Source: Pseudomonadota bacterium (GTDB taxonomy: Bacteria > Bdellovibrionota_C > UBA2361 > OMII01). From it: a DNA stretch of 64,000 nt. A model generated the notes under the pieces. That model saw nothing but the letters and a program-made list of their open reading frames with translations. It made no database searches and had not been told where the DNA came from. The stretch covers positions 228,119 through 292,118 of the forward strand of contig JAYPVM010000002.1 of assembly GCA_038134595.1 (NCBI GenBank), written 5' to 3'. Positions 59,834-64,000 of the stretch are shown piece by piece (position 1 is the stretch's first letter; each line of letters starts with the position of its first letter). Position numbers and translations under genes: made by a program.

Positions 59834-61384
59834 ATGTTAAGAAGGGATTCTATGATTCTTATACTTGATTTTGGTTCTCAGTATACTCAACTAATAGCCC
59901 GAAGGGTTAGGGAGCTAAACGTATACAGCGAAGTGCGACCTTGCTTTACCAAAATAACCGACGTCGATCATAGCGCCATTGAGGCAATTATCTTGTCCGG
60001 TGGGCCAGCGAGTGTAACCGATAGTGACGCGCCAGAGTTTGACAGTGAGTGGCTCGAGCTGGATAAGCCAGTTTTAGGTATCTGCTATGGAATGCAGCTT
60101 TTAGCTGTTCATTTTGGTGGGGAACTTGGACGGGGAGCGAGTCGGGAATATGGGCCAGCTTCTATTGGAGTAGAATCTACCGACGGATTGTTTCGCACCT
60201 TCTCGAGAGGCGAGCGTCTGGCGGCATGGATGAGCCATGGAGATCATGTGATTAGCGCTCCAAATGGTTTCACCGTATCAGCATCAAGTTCTGGCGCACC
60301 AATTGCGGCGATGGAAGATTCTGAGCGGATGATAAGTGGTATTCAGTTCCACCCGGAGGTGGTGCATACTCCTAGAGGCGCGGAAATACTTCGAACATTT
60401 ATCGTGGAGATTGCGGGGATTAAACCCGATTGGACTCCAGAAAGCGTGATAGAACAGCAGATTAAGGTCATCAGGGAGGAAGTAGCTTCGGAGGATAAAG
60501 TTATCTGTGCATTAAGCGGCGGAGTTGATTCAACAGTTGCCGCAGCACTTGTGTCGAAAGCGATTGGGGAGCAGCTGTTCTGTTTTTATGTGGATACGGG
60601 GCTTGGGCGAAAGGGAGAGGTAGATTCAATAATGAAGCGCCTAAATTCGATGAATCTCAACGTTACCTTGGTCGATGCTAAGGATAAATTTTTTGGGGCG
60701 TTATCCGGCGTTGTCGATCCTGAGAGAAAGCGAAAGGAAATCGGGCGCGTTTTTATCGAAGTATTTGAAGAGCAGGCGAGGGAGATTCCTGGAGCGCGCC
60801 ATCTTGTTCAAGGAACGCTTTATCCGGACGTTATTGAGAGTGTATCTGTCAGAGGTCCCTCTGCAACTATTAAAAGCCACCATAACGTGGGAGGACTTCC
60901 AGAGCGATTAAACCTGAAGCTTATCGAGCCTTTTCGGGCATTATTCAAGGACGAGGTGCGACTCCTGGGGCGGGAGCTTGGCGTGTCCCGTGACACCCTA
61001 GAAAGGCAGCCGTTTCCCGGACCCGGACTTGCTGTTCGTGTACTTGGGGAGGTTACGCCCACTAGGGTTGCAACACTACAGGAAGCTGATCATGTGTTTC
61101 TAGAAGAGATTCGAGCGGCAGGATTGTATGGAACATTATGGCAAGCTTTTTGTGTATTATTGCCGGTTCGAAGCGTTGGAGTTATGGGCGATTCTAGGAC
61201 GTACGATGAAACCATCGCACTCCGAGCGGTGCATTCAGAGGATGGGATGACCGCCGATTGGAGTTATTTGCCAGAGGAGCTCCTTCGACGGGTGAGCAAC
61301 CGGATCGTAAATGAGGTCGATGGCGTAAACAGGGTGGTGCTCGATATCTCTAGTAAGCCCCCAGCAACGATAGAGTGGGAGTGA
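59834..61384 (+). CDS. guaA: GMP synthase (glutamine-hydrolysing)
   Basis: DFGSQY, GICYGMQ, QFHPEV, SGGVDS, IKSHHN, KPPATIEWE. Confidence 0.97.
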   Translation: MLRRDSMILILDFGSQYTQLIARRVRELNVYSEVRPCFTKITDVDHSAIEAIILSGGPASVTDSDAPEFDSEWLELDKPVLGICYGMQLLAVHFGGELGRGASREYGPASIGVESTDGLFRTFSRGERLAAWMSHGDHVISAPNGFTVSASSSGAPIAAMEDSERMISGIQFHPEVVHTPRGAEILRTFIVEIAGIKPDWTPESVIEQQIKVIREEVASEDKVICALSGGVDSTVAAALVSKAIGEQLFCFYVDTGLGRKGEVDSIMKRLNSMNLNVTLVDAKDKFFGALSGVVDPERKRKEIGRVFIEVFEEQAREIPGARHLVQGTLYPDVIESVSVRGPSATIKSHHNVGGLPERLNLKLIEPFRALFKDEVRLLGRELGVSRDTLERQPFPGPGLAVRVLGEVTPTRVATLQEADHVFLEEIRAAGLYGTLWQAFCVLLPVRSVGVMGDSRTYDETIALRAVHSEDGMTADWSYLPEELLRRVSNRIVNEVDGVNRVVLDISSKPPATIEWE

Positions 61385-61505
61385 GACACTCTTTGCGCGT
61401 GCGTTGCTATCTGCCTCTGGTCTCAACTTGTTATGATCTTAATCAGTCAGTGATAAATTGAGAGAAGCCAGGGTTGATTTTTAGAACCCAAGGGCAGATA
61501 TACAT

Positions 61506-61760
61506 TCAAGCCGTGAGATTTAGGATACCTACTGTTGTGGGTGTCTGATTCTCGGAATCGTTCTCTCTCTCCTCTGGCGATTGACAAGGCGTTTTTGAAT
61601 GAATCAGTACCGCATCATCTTTCGGTGTTTGCTCGTGGTGTCTTTTTTCCCGATCGTGAAGGGAGTCTTTCATGGCCTGTACTAAAAAATCCTCTGCATT
61701 TGTCTTGTTCGAAGACGTCACCCTACGAACAAAAAAGCTGTGAATATCTGCTATTTTCAT
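61506..61760 (-). CDS. Small hypothetical protein
   Basis: GGAGG SD upstream; 84 aa. Confidence 0.55.
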   Translation of the reverse strand: MKIADIHSFFVRRVTSSNKTNAEDFLVQAMKDSLHDREKRHHEQTPKDDAVLIHSKTPCQSPEERENDSENQTPTTVGILNLTA

Positions 61761-62112
61761 AAGCCCTCCATGGCTTAAACGTTTTTGAGAATACCACTTG
61801 GTTCATCCGATAGGTCGTCCGAAACTTAAAATTTCTTTAATGTCGGCGACTCGAATCACTCTTGTGACTTTCCGGGTACCAAGTTACCGCTGTCGTTTCC
61901 ACTCTCTGCTCCTGAAGAGTTTCGTGTCCCACAACGACTAGCTAGGCCTAGCTCGTAAGGTCACTTCTTAGATTAACCGAACCGTGTCTCTAATTTCTAT
62001 GTAGTTGAATTCCGTATCACTTTTTGGCGCAGCGAGCTAAAGGATAGCGAACAACCAGCCGTTATGACCATTAACAGCGAGATAATAACCAGGGAAAGAG
62101 GGCGAGCGTTTT

Positions 62113-62472
62113 ATGGCAAAAGATAAGAGAAATACCGCTATCTTTACGGCTTTCGAAGATTGGGACGCCGAGAATATCCCCATTCCGGAAAAGTCTCTAT
62201 TACGTGCTGTTTTGCAAAATGCGATATCGGACATGAACCGAGAAGGTGAGTTTTCGAAAAAAGCGCGAGATTTCTTTTTAAGTAGAGATGACGATTACAT
62301 CTTCTCGTTTCAGGCTATCTGCTCCTATCTGCATATTAATCCAGACAAGGTGCTCTTGGTGGTTGGTCTTAAAGAAGACATTTGTTCGAACAAGACACTG
62401 GAGGCCTCGCAGGAATTTCGGTCGCACACAAGCGCGCGCTCCGAAGGTCCAGCGCTTCGGCCGAGGTCTTAG
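62113..62472 (+). CDS. Hypothetical protein
   Basis: Globular-looking PEKSLLRAVLQNAISD..FSFQAICSYLHINPD. Confidence 0.7.
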   Translation: MAKDKRNTAIFTAFEDWDAENIPIPEKSLLRAVLQNAISDMNREGEFSKKARDFFLSRDDDYIFSFQAICSYLHINPDKVLLVVGLKEDICSNKTLEASQEFRSHTSARSEGPALRPRS

Positions 62473-62681
62473 TCTCGCATACGCAAATTAATCGCAGTAT
62501 GTTGCATTGAAGGCCTATATCTCGGTCGACAAATCCTAAAATTACTAGATCCTTTTTTACTATTTCTACACTCGATGTAGGCAACTTTTTATCAGCTTCT
62601 TCGATTCATACATGTCTACTACTGAGAGGGGCCTACGAGCGCCCTCTCGATTATTCTTGGTCTCTATGTGGGGGAATTTGT

Positions 62682-62957
62682 ATGAAAATCCAGGCATCGA
62701 AATCGGCCATTACTGAGGTTACCAATCAACGCGACCGCCTAGGAGCAGACCCAAAGGGGTGGGGTGATATAACAGACAGGCTCGTAGAAACAATTTCTGC
62801 CCCTAAAGGACAGCATGGGAAGGTCGGTACAGCGGGTTTGATTGATATGTTTAAACTTCAAATGCATATGAACAGATTACACCTCCGGGTAGAGCTCTGC
62901 TCGAAGGTAGCCGAGGCAGCTAGCGCAACTGTCAAGAAGCTTCAACAAGCCCAGTAG
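62682..62957 (+). CDS. Small helical protein, possibly T3SS inner-rod (SctI)-like
   Basis: LIDMFKLQ..VELCSKVAEAASATVKKLQQAQ resembles rod/needle C-terminal helices; lies upstream of sctR. Confidence 0.5.
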   Translation: MKIQASKSAITEVTNQRDRLGADPKGWGDITDRLVETISAPKGQHGKVGTAGLIDMFKLQMHMNRLHLRVELCSKVAEAASATVKKLQQAQ

Positions 62958-62981
62958 CGGATTGTAACGGAGAATTGATCT

Positions 62982-63902
62982 ATGAAACCGAAGGTACTGA
63001 GCGCTTCTAGACAGAAAGCTGAGCTCGAATACATGAAAAGCATTGAGCAGCTTTCGTCTGCTAAACGACACCACAAACAGAAACTCGATGCCTTTCAGGC
63101 CCAAGAAAGGAGTTTCTGGGGCGAGCTAAAGCGACCTTCTAAAGAGGAAGGGACGCCAACAAAACTAGTTGATAGTCTGTGTGACGCAGATAGGATCGAG
63201 CGCTTGTATCTGGTCCAGGATAAGCTTCGAGTTGCAGCCAAGCATTGTCAAAAGCAGGAAATTAACCTACGGACACGGGCGGCCGAAGTAGCAAAAAACA
63301 AGACTAGGTTTGAAGCTATCGAAACTTTGCTTAAAAAGGCCCTCACGGAGCGAAAGCGAAAAGCGGCAGAAAATTCTGCAGATGAGGTCGCTGAGTTACC
63401 GAGTCACCATAATTCAGAGGAGCCGACTTCTCAAGAAGAGGGTTTATTATCGCGGGCTGCATTAAATACTAACAGGCCTCGGATTCAAATGGGCGGTGAG
63501 CAATGGTCGGTTAACCATTCGACCAACCATATAAGTGAAACCAAGGCGGCGACGGTTGGTCCAAAGCCAGTCGGTGATATACAGGTGTCATGTATCGAGC
63601 AGGGCGTAACGGATAAGTCGATCACGGTACAATCGACCAAGCCCGGTCTTCAGGGGATGTCAGTCCGAGTCTCGAAGTCAGCAGGGGGGCAGGTGCGCGT
63701 TAATGTTGGGGTCGGAAAGGTTATCGCGTCACCTCAAGCTTTGAGCGAACTTATAGCGCATAGACTAAAGACTGCCTACTCATCACTTAAAGATGTAACG
63801 ATTGAAGTGGGAAGCGAAGTGCCTCCTTACGTTGATTTGCAAGCCTCCACGCAACGCCACAATTTCAAGAGAGGAAGGGGTGAGCTTTACGATGAATACT
63901 GA
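62982..63902 (+). CDS. Coiled-coil protein, possible SctO/FliJ-like N-terminus and SctP/FliK-like C-terminus
   Basis: Charged N-terminal coiled coil, disordered linker, small beta/alpha C-terminal segment; overlaps the sctR start. Confidence 0.45.
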   Translation: MKPKVLSASRQKAELEYMKSIEQLSSAKRHHKQKLDAFQAQERSFWGELKRPSKEEGTPTKLVDSLCDADRIERLYLVQDKLRVAAKHCQKQEINLRTRAAEVAKNKTRFEAIETLLKKALTERKRKAAENSADEVAELPSHHNSEEPTSQEEGLLSRAALNTNRPRIQMGGEQWSVNHSTNHISETKAATVGPKPVGDIQVSCIEQGVTDKSITVQSTKPGLQGMSVRVSKSAGGQVRVNVGVGKVIASPQALSELIAHRLKTAYSSLKDVTIEVGSEVPPYVDLQASTQRHNFKRGRGELYDEY

Positions 63903-64000
63903 AAATCTCCTGCTTATCTCTATCTGTCTTGCGGCTGTGCCACTTCTTATTGCCGTAGGCACTTGTTATCTAAAATTCAGTATTGTGCTTAGTCTTATGA
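63892..64000 (+). CDS. sctR: Type III secretion export gate SctR/SpaP family (partial); not in the ORF track
   Basis: Manual translation MNTENLLLISICLAAVPLLIAVGTCYLKFSIVLSLM; GTCxxKFSIV motif as in SpaP; no FliP-type signal peptide. Confidence 0.75.
   Translation, partial: MNTENLLLISICLAAVPLLIAVGTCYLKFSIVLSLM

Noticed and set aside
1..64000. CRISPR array, rRNA, prophage or recognisable defence island
   Set aside because: No regularly spaced repeats, rRNA-like tracts, or cas/phage genes recognised; the HD protein sits in a housekeeping-like context

Overview
A gene-dense 64 kb stretch of bacterial chromosome. Gene content (Pal/OmpA, alpha2-type GlyRS, short flagellins, delta-type PutA domains) suggests a diderm, deltaproteobacteria/Bdellovibrionota-like organism; this is inference only. 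Most of it is housekeeping or envelope genes (ctaA, pal, rarA, ymdB, pyk, dprA, tRNA-His, ampD, glyQS, pgsA, smc, ftsY, iscS-mnmA, rnc-der, guaA). Notable points: (1) an ISCR/IS91-like single-Tyr HUH element plus a captured gene fragment, lying between two ~0.48 kb direct repeats that differ almost only at synonymous sites; (2) two short flagellins sharing a variant sigma28-like promoter (CTAAAG-N15-NYCGTAG) and tandem CsrA-type GGA hairpins; (3) the start of an atypical non-flagellar T3SS-like cluster at the right edge; (4) apparent pseudoenzymes or rewired proteins: RibBA degenerate in both domains, an M23 lacking Zn ligands, SMC with a head insertion and a Gly-poor hinge, and a cleanly split PutA; (5) an orphan VirD4/TraG-like ATPase; (6) a >875 aa secreted helical protein at the left edge that the ORF track missed. 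All calls are from reading the sequence by eye; no searches were run.
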